A DNA stretch of 64,000 nt from contig CALAGQ010000047.1 in the NCBI GenBank assembly GCA_937891765.1, positions 16,580-80,579 of the forward strand. Direction: 5' to 3'. Each line of letters starts with the position of its first letter. Position 1 is the first letter of the stretch. The notes under the pieces were generated by a model that was given only the letters and a program-made list of their open reading frames with translations, was not told the DNA's origin and did no database searches. The position numbers and the translations under genes are program-made. Of this stretch, positions 55,848 to 64,000 are shown in pieces. Source of the DNA: an uncultured Nitrospina sp. Lineage in GTDB: Bacteria > Nitrospinota > Nitrospinia > Nitrospinales > VA-1.

Positions 55848-56861
55848 ATGTTGAGTAGTTCTAAAGTAAAAACCATTTATGCAGTATTTTTATCCATTGT
55901 ATGCCTGTTGAGTTTCAATCCAATTGTTGAGGCGGCTTGCGGAGGAGCCAACTGTTCTCTGCTTACAGGATCTCAAGATGGTGTGTTGGGTAAGGACAGG
56001 TTTGTCATGGACTTGTCTTATCGATATGTCCTGTCGGAAAATCCACACCGTGGTTCGGATAGCACAAATCAAGCATTGGTTCCAAAAGTGAATTTTGAAA
56101 CAAGAGCGCTTGAGCTGGGTCATCATAATGAAATAAGAACGATAAACAAGCTCGCCCAGTTCGATATCAGCTATGGTGTGACAGATAAATTAACTCTTTC
56201 GATGAACATGCCCTTTTTCAATGACCGTTATCACGAACATTTTGATGGGATAGAAAATGTCGGAGATACCGGGACATTTAACAATACAGACGGGACAACT
56301 GGGTTTGGTGATGTCACTTTAATTGCTAAATATGCTTTGTGGCAAACAACGAAGCACATGTTTGTCGGTGGAGTCGGGATAAAATTTGCGACAGGAGACT
56401 ATAAATTAAAAGATACGTCCGGGAGTATCAACGAACCCACATTGATGCCGGGTACGGGTTCTTACGATGCAATTCTTTCGGGAATTTATAATTACTCCGC
56501 TATTCCTAATAAGTTAAACATTTTCACATCTGTGTCGCACAGGTTTGCAACAGAAAATGATCTGGATTATCAGTTTGGAGATACCACACTCATTGATGCA
56601 GGCGTCGGTTATGTGCTGACAAAAAAAGTTAGTGTAAGCGGTCAGGTGAATATGAGGATTTCCGGACGGGACCAGTTTATTGATGCAAATGTGCCAAGCA
56701 CAGGTGGCGAATTTATTTTTATTACACCGGGAGTCAGACTTGCTGTGTATGATGATGTTTCTATTTATTCGCATGTTCAGCTACCCATATACCAGAGAGT
56801 CAATGATGTGAACCTGGTAGAGGATTATGGAGTTATGCTGGGCGCTTCCTATAATTTTTAA
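55848..56861 (+). CDS. Outer-membrane beta-barrel protein (MetA-pathway/transporter-like family pattern)
   Basis: Signal peptide, a CGGANC pair directly after the predicted cleavage site, alternating beta-strand pattern, and C-terminal GASYNF. Confidence 0.6.
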   Translation: MLSSSKVKTIYAVFLSIVCLLSFNPIVEAACGGANCSLLTGSQDGVLGKDRFVMDLSYRYVLSENPHRGSDSTNQALVPKVNFETRALELGHHNEIRTINKLAQFDISYGVTDKLTLSMNMPFFNDRYHEHFDGIENVGDTGTFNNTDGTTGFGDVTLIAKYALWQTTKHMFVGGVGIKFATGDYKLKDTSGSINEPTLMPGTGSYDAILSGIYNYSAIPNKLNIFTSVSHRFATENDLDYQFGDTTLIDAGVGYVLTKKVSVSGQVNMRISGRDQFIDANVPSTGGEFIFITPGVRLAVYDDVSIYSHVQLPIYQRVNDVNLVEDYGVMLGASYNF

Positions 56862-56873
56862 ATTTTTAGAAAT

Positions 56874-57377
56874 ATGCGATTACCTTTAGTCATACTTTTT
56901 AGTTTCTTTTTGTCGGGCATGGCTGGTTCCCCTCCCTTTGTGGGAGGGGAGGCCCCAATGTTTGAATTAAAGACCCTAAATGGTAAGGTCCTTAAGCTGT
57001 CTGATTTAAAGGGTAAAACTGTTGTCCTAAACTTTTGGGCTACATGGTGTGTGCCATGTATTAAAGAAATGTCAGTTTTGAACAATGCATACTCTTCATT
57101 TAAGAACAGAGATGTTGAGATAGTAGCCATTAATTTCGCAGAATCTAGAGAAAAAGTGGAAGAGTTCACATCCGAACATCGTTTGAACTTCCCTGTTTTA
57201 TTGGATAACTATGGTGATACATCACAAGATTATAAAATTAGAGGTCTGCCTGTGACGTATTTCATCACTCCCGACGGTATCGTAGGTGATGAAATAGTGG
57301 GTGGTTTAACCCTGGAACTGATTGAAGAAAAGCTCGATCAATTAGCGCACCTGTTGCAACTCAAAGCGCAATATTGA
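56874..57377 (+). CDS. Periplasmic thiol:disulfide oxidoreductase, TlpA/ResA-like thioredoxin fold
   Basis: Signal sequence, NFWATWCVPC (CxxC) and RGLPVTYFI (cis-Pro loop). Confidence 0.85.
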   Translation: MRLPLVILFSFFLSGMAGSPPFVGGEAPMFELKTLNGKVLKLSDLKGKTVVLNFWATWCVPCIKEMSVLNNAYSSFKNRDVEIVAINFAESREKVEEFTSEHRLNFPVLLDNYGDTSQDYKIRGLPVTYFITPDGIVGDEIVGGLTLELIEEKLDQLAHLLQLKAQY

Positions 57378-57448
57378 GATCTGATTAAAGTGACCGCTGG
57401 CAGGCTGTTGAAAAACCTGATGGTTTGGAAGAAATGAAGGCGGAAAAC

Positions 57449-57748
57449 TTATCGACCCTGTTTGTTCATGTATTCGTCAAAGTGCTTCTGATACATGATG
57501 TCCCATTCTGGCGAGCCTTCACGGGGCGCATTGGCATAGGTGTTTAAGATGCGGCGGGATTCTGCGTCGGCCTTGTCATCAAGCTGGAGAATGTCGGTCA
57601 TCACCCTGGTGATTTCCAGGCGAACGTCATTGAGGTCGACTTTATAATCCAGTTCATCGCGTTTGGCAAAATCCTGAACGATGAGACTGCTGATATGGTT
57701 GATTTTATCTCTGCTGATTTTCATATTAAAGAATAATTCCTCGCTCAC
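57449..57748 (-). CDS. DUF507-like small protein (paralogue 2)
   Basis: About 90 aa, acidic and helical, similar in layout to the upstream paralogue. The likely start is ATG 57724, overlapping the upstream stop. Confidence 0.5.
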   Translation of the reverse strand: MSEELFFNMKISRDKINHISSLIVQDFAKRDELDYKVDLNDVRLEITRVMTDILQLDDKADAESRRILNTYANAPREGSPEWDIMYQKHFDEYMNKQGR

Positions 57749-58007
57749 GTACTAGTTTAGATTTCACCATCTGGAATACCCGCCCGTAATCCATCATATC
57801 TCTTTCGTACTCATCGGTTTTGGATTCTAGCAAGGCCTTCACTTCCTCGTTGAGATGGTCTTCCACCATGAGGTCTTCGGTCATAATTTCATTGATGACG
57901 GATTGCAGTTTTTCCGGGGTTTCTTCCCAGACAATCAGATCTTTGTCGATCAAGGATTTGACAATTTTTTTGGCGAGAAGTTCGGTAAGTTCTTTAGGAA
58001 TACGCAT
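57726..58007 (-). CDS. DUF507-like small protein (paralogue 1)
   Basis: MRIPKELTELLAKKIVKSLIDKDLI...; the pattern recalls the DUF507 family. Tandem with the paralogue above. Confidence 0.5.
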   Translation of the reverse strand: MRIPKELTELLAKKIVKSLIDKDLIVWEETPEKLQSVINEIMTEDLMVEDHLNEEVKALLESKTDEYERDMMDYGRVFQMVKSKLVRERGIIL

Positions 58008-58042
58008 TATTTAGACAATCAGATTTTAATTTTATTATAAAG

Positions 58043-58115
58043 AGCGGGAGACGGGATTCGAACCCGCGACATTCAGCTTGGGAAGCTGACACTCTACCAA
58101 CTGAGCTACTCCCGC
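58043..58115 (-). tRNA. tRNA-Gly (anticodon CCC), CCA not encoded
   Basis: The reverse complement folds as GCGGGAG-TA-GCTC-AGTTGGTA-GAGT-G-TCAGC-TTCCCAA-GCTGA-ATGTC-GCGGG-TTCGAAT-CCCGT-CTCCCGC-T. Confidence 0.9.
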
Positions 58116-58127
58116 CTGATCGATCAA

Positions 58128-58310
58128 TCAGAGCTTTTCACCCAGAATTAAAAAACAGTTTGTATCGGTCACTTGTATGTCTATGATCGGAATTTTCTGC
58201 TCACGCATCTCGTGAATGACCTTGTTAACCATGATATCAATTGCCGCAGCGCCTTCTTCGGCAATATCAAGGACTCTGACACCTTTGACTATTTGGTTAT
58301 TAAGTGACAT
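58128..58310 (-). CDS. Small hypothetical protein (60 aa)
   Basis: Short ORF just upstream of tRNA-Gly on the same strand, with no motif recognised. Confidence 0.3.
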   Translation of the reverse strand: MSLNNQIVKGVRVLDIAEEGAAAIDIMVNKVIHEMREQKIPIIDIQVTDTNCFLILGEKL

Positions 58311-58613
58311 TCAATTAAAAAATCGACCCGGCTGCCTGCTTGTCCATAGACTATTTCCCCTTGAATTTAAAGGGGAAACAAGTTTTACGTGGTGACCAAA
58401 TTTTTAGGCATTATCCACTATTTGTGGCTTGTAATCAATATTAATTGGGAAATCTGCATAAAAATAGAAACAATTCTTAATATAGAGCGGGTCGTCAACC
58501 ATGTAGACACGCCGGGTTGCAATTTTGAGATTTTTGTTGAAGAAAGGTTATTGAAATTATTCTATCAATTGAGTAAGATGACAAACTAAAATAACTCATG
58601 AAAACACAAAAAG

Positions 58614-59552
58614 TTGCGGGGACGTGGCGATTTTCCAGGTTCCCACTTTTTGTTTGGATTCTGGCTCAAAAACGCTCCAGCGAGGGAATTTGTGGTTAAA
58701 GAAATAGATTTTAAAGAAAAAATACCGATCACCCATCACCTGATAGAGCTTAAAAACCGGTTGATACAGGTGACCATAGTTGTCGCGATATTTTTTGGCG
58801 TCTGCTTTTATTTTGTGGACTTTCTCCTGCTATGGCTGGAAGACCCTCTGCCCAAACAATATAACGACCTTACTTTTATAACCCCTACGGAACCCTTTTT
58901 TACTGCGATGAAGGTCTCCTTCATGGGGTCCATGTTCATTTCCATGCCATGGATTTTATATCATATCTGGGGGTTCATCGCTCCCGGTTTGAAGGTTAAG
59001 GAAAAAAAGATCACCGCACTATTTGTTACCTTCGGAACATTGTTCTTCCTCTTCGGTGGATTGTTTTGTTATTTCCTGGTCGTTCCTCTGGGATTGAAGT
59101 TCCTACTGAATTACGGCACGACCTGGTGGAAAATGCAGGTCACCATTGGTTTTTATTTCTCCTTTGTGGTGAAGATGATTTTGGCTTTTGCCTTTGCGTT
59201 TCAAACCCCTCTCATCATGGTCTTGTTGACCAAGTTCGGGGTGGTCAATACCATCAAGATGAAGCTCTACCGCAAATGGGCATTTCTAGGTACGTTTGCT
59301 CTGGCCGCAGTTTTAACCCCACCTGACATTATCACCCAGGTGTTATTGGCTTTCCCGCTTTATGGTTTGTATGAGTTTGGTGTGATTGTGTCCCGGTTCT
59401 TCGAGGACCCCAAAAATCGGGAGCTGGCATTCAAGCAAATGAAAGCGGAGGCGGCTGCAAGGAACGCTGCCAAAGAAGCGGCTCAAAGGGCGGCGGCGGC
59501 CAGTAAGGCAGCCAGTAAGGGAGCCACGAAGAAAACCGGCAAAGCTTCCTGA
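58614..59552 (+). CDS. tatC: Twin-arginine translocase subunit TatC (start uncertain)
   Basis: HLIELKNRLI, six TM helices, and PPDIITQ near the C-terminus. The likely true start is GTG 58692 (VVKEIDFKEK...). It has an Ala/Lys-rich C-terminal tail. Confidence 0.85.
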   Translation: MRGRGDFPGSHFLFGFWLKNAPAREFVVKEIDFKEKIPITHHLIELKNRLIQVTIVVAIFFGVCFYFVDFLLLWLEDPLPKQYNDLTFITPTEPFFTAMKVSFMGSMFISMPWILYHIWGFIAPGLKVKEKKITALFVTFGTLFFLFGGLFCYFLVVPLGLKFLLNYGTTWWKMQVTIGFYFSFVVKMILAFAFAFQTPLIMVLLTKFGVVNTIKMKLYRKWAFLGTFALAAVLTPPDIITQVLLAFPLYGLYEFGVIVSRFFEDPKNRELAFKQMKAEAAARNAAKEAAQRAAAASKAASKGATKKTGKAS

Positions 59553-59560
59553 TCTTCCGA

Positions 59561-60214
59561 TCAAACAAAAAATACTAGAACGGAAATTAAACGTGGGTAG
59601 TGAAACACGATTAAAATTTCTGCAATAGTGAAACCTGCATGCACCAGAATCGGAGCTATTATTGAGCCTGTAGCTCTTAATAATCCCGCCGATATCATCC
59701 CCAGAAACAAATTCCCTAAACTTGCTTTGAAATGGAACAGGCTGTATAGCAAGCCACCAGCAATAATAACTTGTCCTGTATGTTGTTTCTTAAGTAAATT
59801 ATTGACAACCAGACCCATCACGAACACCTGATCGAGAAAGGGAACGATGAGGGCGGTGAAAATGTTTCCAGTGATAGAGTTGTTGAATCCCGTTTCCTCG
59901 GGAACTCTTAAGTCCGCTCCCGCGAACAATTCTGCTTGTGATAACCCTGCCTTGACCAGTAAGCCGTCCAATAAGATCACACCAATAACAGGAAGCGTTC
60001 CCAATAGAGCGCCTATTGCGATTGTTTTGCCGCCATTGTTAAAGCCTAGTTGTTGCAGGGACACGCGATTTAAGGCAAGAACGAGTGCCAGGGCCGCGGT
60101 AAAATAAAAGATGTACCAGAACTCATAAATAAATGGGTTGCCTGAAAAAGCCAGATGGACCGCTGGGGAAAAAAGCAGAAAATAGAGGACTAAAATGGGA
60201 GTGAGAATTTTCAC
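59561..60214 (-). CDS. Polytopic membrane protein, CPBP (CAAX protease)-like but with a non-canonical motif 1
   Basis: Seven or eight TM helices. LYSLFHF and ILVHAGF resemble CPBP motifs 2 and 3, while the usual EExxxR position reads LDQVFVMG. Confidence 0.4.
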   Translation of the reverse strand: MKILTPILVLYFLLFSPAVHLAFSGNPFIYEFWYIFYFTAALALVLALNRVSLQQLGFNNGGKTIAIGALLGTLPVIGVILLDGLLVKAGLSQAELFAGADLRVPEETGFNNSITGNIFTALIVPFLDQVFVMGLVVNNLLKKQHTGQVIIAGGLLYSLFHFKASLGNLFLGMISAGLLRATGSIIAPILVHAGFTIAEILIVFHYPRLISVLVFFV

Positions 60215-60260
60215 GCTATAAGGTCAATATTTGAGATTTGGGCGGCTCAGGATTCGAGGG

Positions 60261-60512
60261 TCAGAATTTCTTTTTTGGCTGGGGTTTTGCTGGTTTAGCC
60301 AGACCGGAAATATGCACTGAAGATGCTGTTTCCGACATTTGACCGCTGATATGTTTTTCCGGATTGAGCGGGGTGGCTAAGCCAGAGATATGGATGGAAT
60401 TCTTATTATCCTCAGAATAAAGCTCATCCTGCAAAAGCGCGGCATTGAGATAGAACCCCCCGAATATGAGGGCGGAAAGTATGCAGGACTCAAGAAATAC
60501 GTTTTTCCACAT
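60261..60512 (-). CDS. Small membrane-anchored protein with an HISGLA repeat (83 aa)
   Basis: N-terminal TM helix. HISGLATP / HISGQM / HISGLAKP are repeated and the C-terminus is Lys/Pro-rich. Confidence 0.35.
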   Translation of the reverse strand: MWKNVFLESCILSALIFGGFYLNAALLQDELYSEDNKNSIHISGLATPLNPEKHISGQMSETASSVHISGLAKPAKPQPKKKF

Positions 60513-60596
60513 AACAGGCTGGTTAAATTGGTGATATACCCCTTATATCTTAAAATGTTTTACCGGCAATTACAACTTAATAGCCAACCTGTCTGG

Positions 60597-60625
60597 TTGA
60601 CAAAACCTGTTTCTTTATTTAGTAT
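60597..60625 (+). promoter_or_regulatory. Candidate sigma70-type promoter for rpiB-glyA-nrdR
   Basis: TTGACA (60597-60602), 17-nt spacer, TAGTAT (60620-60625), about 100 nt upstream of the rpiB ATG. Confidence 0.45.
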
Positions 60626-60727
60626 CGCGTTTGAGTTAAACTATCCGTAGCCTCCCACCCAGGCGACTATTTCATCATTCAGCATTCTCCTCAATGTAGA
60701 TAGGGCAATATTTAACCGGAAAATATC

Positions 60728-61192
60728 ATGAAAAAAATTGCTATAGCTTCCGATCATGGCGGATTCGACCTTAAGGAAAGTGTCATCGCCCATCTGTTAA
60801 ATACCGGTTGGGAAGTGGATGACCTCGGCCCGCATAACGAGGAGTCTGTGGATTATCCCGACTACGGCATTAAGCTTGCCGAAGCGGTGGCGGAGAAAAA
60901 AGTGCAACGCGGGATCGTGATCTGCGGCACGGGAATCGGCATGTCCATTGTGGTCAACCGTTATCCGGGAATTCGTGGAACGCTGTGTTCAGACCTGTTC
61001 ACCGCTAAATTATGCCGCGAGCACAATGACTCAAATATCCTGATCATGGGGGGTAGGGTGATTGGTAAGGGGCTGGCCGCTGAAATTGTCAGTACTTGGC
61101 TCAACACGCCGTTTGAAGGGGGACGCCACCAAAGGCGGCTCGATAAAATCAATCAAATAGATGCTTCTATAAAATCCAAAGAAAATCTTTAA
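60728..61192 (+). CDS. rpiB: Ribose-5-phosphate isomerase B
   Basis: [25 protein letters not shown] and [12 protein letters not shown] motifs. Confidence 0.92.
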   Translation: MKKIAIASDHGGFDLKESVIAHLLNTGWEVDDLGPHNEESVDYPDYGIKLAEAVAEKKVQRGIVICGTGIGMSIVVNRYPGIRGTLCSDLFTAKLCREHNDSNILIMGGRVIGKGLAAEIVSTWLNTPFEGGRHQRRLDKINQIDASIKSKENL

Positions 61193-61211
61193 TCCTAAGG
61201 AGATATTCAAA

Positions 61212-62459
61212 TTGTCACTTGCCGATTTTGATCCGGAGATCGCTCAATCCATTAAAGATGAAACCGAGCGGGAAAATAATACCCTCGAGATGATCGCCTC
61301 TGAAAATTTTGTGAGCCCTGAAGTGCAGGAAGCTCAAGGCTCGGTCATGACTAATAAATATGCCGAAGGCTACCCAGGCAAACGTTATTACGGCGGCTGT
61401 GAGTTCGTGGATATCGCTGAAAACCTCGCCATTGAGCGAGCCAAAAAAATATTCTCTGCCGAGCACGCTAATGTCCAACCTCACTCGGGCTCGCAAGCCA
61501 ATATGGCGGTTTATCATACGGTCCTTCAGCCGGGAGATACGATCCTGGGAATGAACCTGTCCCACGGTGGGCACCTGACCCACGGTTGCCCGGTGAACTT
61601 TTCCGGCTATACCTATAACGTTGTGGCCTATGGTGTGAATCAGGAAACCGAGCAGATTGACTATGACGAGGTCCACAAACTGGCCGTCGAGAACAAACCC
61701 AAAATGATCATCGTGGGTGGTAGCGCCTACCCAAGAGTGATTGATGCTGTCAGGTTCAGGGAAATCGCCGATGAGGTCGGGGCAAAAATCATGACCGATA
61801 TCGCTCATCCGGCAGGACTGGTTGCGGCGGGGCTCTATCCCTCCCCAGTGCCTTATTCAGAGTTTGTCACCACCACCACACATAAAACTTTACGCGGTCC
61901 TCGTGGCGGAATGATTTTATGTAAGGAAGAATATGCCAAAGAGGTCAACAAAAAGATTTTTCCCGGTATTCAGGGCGGACCCCTCATGCACGTTATCGCT
62001 GCAAAGGCCGTGGCCTTTAAGGAAGCGCTGAGTGCAGATTTTGTCACCTACCAGAAGCAGGTGATTGCCAACGCACAATGTCTGGCACAATTTTTAATCG
62101 ACCAGGGCTATAAAATTGTCAGTGGTGGAACCGATACCCACCTGATGCTGGTCGATTTGCGTGCCCAGGATATAACCGGCAAAGATGCCGAAGCGGCACT
62201 CGAAAAAGCCGGGATCACGGTCAATAAGAACACCGTGCCTTTTGAGACCCGCAGTCCGTTTGTGACCTCCGGAATTCGCATCGGTACCCCGGCACTGACC
62301 ACGCGGGGAATGAAAGAAAATGAAATGCACATCATCGGAGGAATGATTGTCCAGACACTGGAAAAAGTTGAAGACGATAGTCTCCACGCCGAAACACGTA
62401 AAAAAGTTCGTGAACTCTGCGACCAATTCCCACTTCATCAGGAACTCACCAATAAGTAA
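61212..62459 (+). CDS. glyA: Serine hydroxymethyltransferase
   Basis: [23 protein letters not shown] and [14 protein letters not shown] (PLP lysine). TTG start. Confidence 0.95.
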   Translation: MSLADFDPEIAQSIKDETERENNTLEMIASENFVSPEVQEAQGSVMTNKYAEGYPGKRYYGGCEFVDIAENLAIERAKKIFSAEHANVQPHSGSQANMAVYHTVLQPGDTILGMNLSHGGHLTHGCPVNFSGYTYNVVAYGVNQETEQIDYDEVHKLAVENKPKMIIVGGSAYPRVIDAVRFREIADEVGAKIMTDIAHPAGLVAAGLYPSPVPYSEFVTTTTHKTLRGPRGGMILCKEEYAKEVNKKIFPGIQGGPLMHVIAAKAVAFKEALSADFVTYQKQVIANAQCLAQFLIDQGYKIVSGGTDTHLMLVDLRAQDITGKDAEAALEKAGITVNKNTVPFETRSPFVTSGIRIGTPALTTRGMKENEMHIIGGMIVQTLEKVEDDSLHAETRKKVRELCDQFPLHQELTNK

Positions 62460-62462
62460 ACT

Positions 62463-62945
62463 ATGAAATGTCCCGGTTGCTCCGGCATGGAAAATAAAGT
62501 CATCGATTCCCGCTTGAATAAGGAGGGGACTGTTATACGCAGGCGAAGAGAATGCCTGAGTTGCGCCGACAGGTTCACCACCTACGAGAAACTGGAACGG
62601 TCTTTACCCATGCTGATTAAAAAAGACGGTCGGCGGGAAGAATTTGACCGAGACAAGATCATTGATGGGGTCAAGAAAGCCTGCCAGAAAAGACCGGTCA
62701 GCGTCAAAGACATCGAAGAACTGGTAGACCGTGTTGAGCAATACCTGCAAGAGCTTGGCGAAAAAGAAGTCTCTGCCATGAAGGTCGGCGAAAAAGTCAT
62801 CAGCGAAATGTATAACCTGGATGACGTCGCCTACGTACGTTTTGCCTCTGTCTACCGTTCCTTCAAAGACGTGAACGAGTTCATGGTCGAACTGAAAGAA
62901 GTCCTCAAAAGCAAAGAAGGCAAAACCCCCGACCACCTGCAATAG
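62463..62945 (+). CDS. nrdR: Transcriptional repressor NrdR
   Basis: N-terminal zinc ribbon MKCPGC...[12 protein letters not shown] followed by an ATP-cone. Confidence 0.93.
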   Translation: MKCPGCSGMENKVIDSRLNKEGTVIRRRRECLSCADRFTTYEKLERSLPMLIKKDGRREEFDRDKIIDGVKKACQKRPVSVKDIEELVDRVEQYLQELGEKEVSAMKVGEKVISEMYNLDDVAYVRFASVYRSFKDVNEFMVELKEVLKSKEGKTPDHLQ

Positions 62946-63071
62946 CGGAGAACCTCTGCTTTTCCCAAAAAATCCAGCAAGAAATAATGCAGCTTTAAAT
63001 AGACTTTGCACATGAAGAAGACCTCTGCATTTTGACGCGGGATAATCTTAAGCAAAGATTTCAGAAATCAC

Positions 63072-63999
63072 TCAATCGAATTTATCAATGGAACCATCAC
63101 GGATTCCCATTTCGTAAGCTTTGGTCTCACGGAACAGAACCCCGCTTAAAAGAACCAGGCCGATAAGGTTGGGAACCGCCATCAAGGCGTTCATCGCGTC
63201 AGAAAAATTCCAGACCACTTCTAATTTTACTATGGAACCGATAAACACAAAAAGTACCCAGAGGTATCGGTAAAAATGAACCCATTTATCTCCAAAAAGG
63301 TATTCGAAACATTTTTCACCGTAATATTCCCAGGCTAAAATAGTTGAAAAAGCAAATGTGACCGCGCTCAGGGTTACAATAAAGTGACCCCAGTTTCCCG
63401 GCAGGCCCTCCGAAAAAGCCTGCAGAGTCAATGTCACCCCTGTTTCTCCCGAAACCCAAACCCCTGTAGAAGCTAACGCCAACGCGGTGAGTGAACAAAC
63501 AACCAAGGTATCCAGGAACGTTCCGCTCATAGAAACCAGCGCCTGTTTCGCCGGTTGATTGGTCTTTGCCGCCGCCGCTGCAATTGGAGCGCTTCCCATT
63601 CCAGACTCGTTTGAAAAAAGACCTCGTGCCACACCATAGCGGATTGTTCGAGCCAGGTTGGCTCCTATGAATCCCCCTGTAGCTGCTGTTCCGGTGAAGG
63701 CGTGCTCGAAGATTAACTTTATACCCACTCCCAATTGATCCAGATGAGAAAAGATAACTATCAAAGCGCCCACAAAATAGATAGCCACCATAAATGGAAC
63801 AAAATAGGAAGCGACATCGGCGATGCGTTTGATGCCTCCTATTATTACCATCCCGGTCAAAACGGACAATACAATCCCCACCAAAAATTTGCTCGTCCCC
63901 AGTGACTCAACGACTGCAGCAGCGGCGGTGTTGGCTTGAATCATATTGCCTATTCCAAAGGCCGCTAAGGCCCCAAAAATAGCAAAACATACACCAAGC
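63072..63999 (-). CDS. Alanine/glycine:cation symporter (AGCS) family transporter, C-terminal part; the frame breaks near 63960 and the gene runs off the window
   Basis: GNMIQANTAA, FSNESGMGSAPIAAAAA and other AGCS motifs. Upstream of 63944 the frame hits TAG (63966-63968), but an adjacent frame reads GLVCFAIFGALAA, which continues the family pattern. Confidence 0.75.
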   Translation of the reverse strand, partial: LGVCFAIFGALAAFGIGNMIQANTAAAAVVESLGTSKFLVGIVLSVLTGMVIIGGIKRIADVASYFVPFMVAIYFVGALIVIFSHLDQLGVGIKLIFEHAFTGTAATGGFIGANLARTIRYGVARGLFSNESGMGSAPIAAAAAKTNQPAKQALVSMSGTFLDTLVVCSLTALALASTGVWVSGETGVTLTLQAFSEGLPGNWGHFIVTLSAVTFAFSTILAWEYYGEKCFEYLFGDKWVHFYRYLWVLFVFIGSIVKLEVVWNFSDAMNALMAVPNLIGLVLLSGVLFRETKAYEMGIRDGSIDKFD

Positions 64000-64000
64000 C

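Noticed and set aside
58354-58377. Perfect 9-bp hairpin TTTCCCCTT-GAATTT-AAGGGGAAA in the region between the 60-aa ORF and tatC
   Set aside because: It has no flanking T- or A-run and lies upstream of both divergent genes, so it is not a terminator. Its function cannot be determined from sequence alone.
1-63999. Search for CRISPR arrays, IS elements or transposases, integrases, rRNA, and classic toxin-antitoxin or restriction-modification operons
   Set aside because: No regularly spaced direct repeats, transposase or integrase motifs, or rRNA-like sequence were recognised by eye. The only mobile-element signal is the tRNA 3'-end duplication at 49752-49786.

Overview
Dense, largely housekeeping chromosomal segment (about 70 genes, 3 tRNAs) from a diderm bacterium. 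All calls rest on reading the supplied translations and the DNA; no database search was possible. The taxon cannot be established. The gene content loosely suggests a Nitrospinota- or deltaproteobacteria-like chemolithotroph, which is a guess. Core genes recognised: ftsH (partial), folP, pdxJ, gap, tpiA, secG, metF, ftsE, ftsX, an EnvC-like M23 peptidase, a Ctp protease, tsaD, gpsA, larB, larC, aconitase, tatC, rpiB, glyA, nrdR and an RNase E/G. No rRNA, CRISPR array, transposase or integrase was recognised. Items most worth a second look: (1) a b6f-type Rieske/cytochrome b operon ending in a membrane-anchored octahaem cytochrome c, preceded by a catalytically degenerate Lpd-like flavoprotein; (2) a three-gene locus of giant multidomain glycosyltransferase/methyltransferase/TPR proteins; (3) a 519-aa insertion-bearing PGK homologue far from a gap-tpiA pair that lacks pgk; (4) two enzyme + RNI-type LRR gene pairs with overlapping stop/start codons; (5) a duplicated tRNA(CAT) 3' end with compensatory T-stem changes around a 488-bp AT-rich remnant; (6) a tRNA-bounded accessory stretch holding a Fur-type box upstream of a bfd-like gene, an outer-membrane beta-barrel with an N-terminal CxxCH motif, and a His-rich protein / OM barrel / TlpA cluster; (7) two apparent single-nucleotide frameshifts, in a sulfite-oxidase-family gene and an alanine:cation symporter gene. 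None of these can be claimed as a new system without homology searches. They are ranked candidates only.
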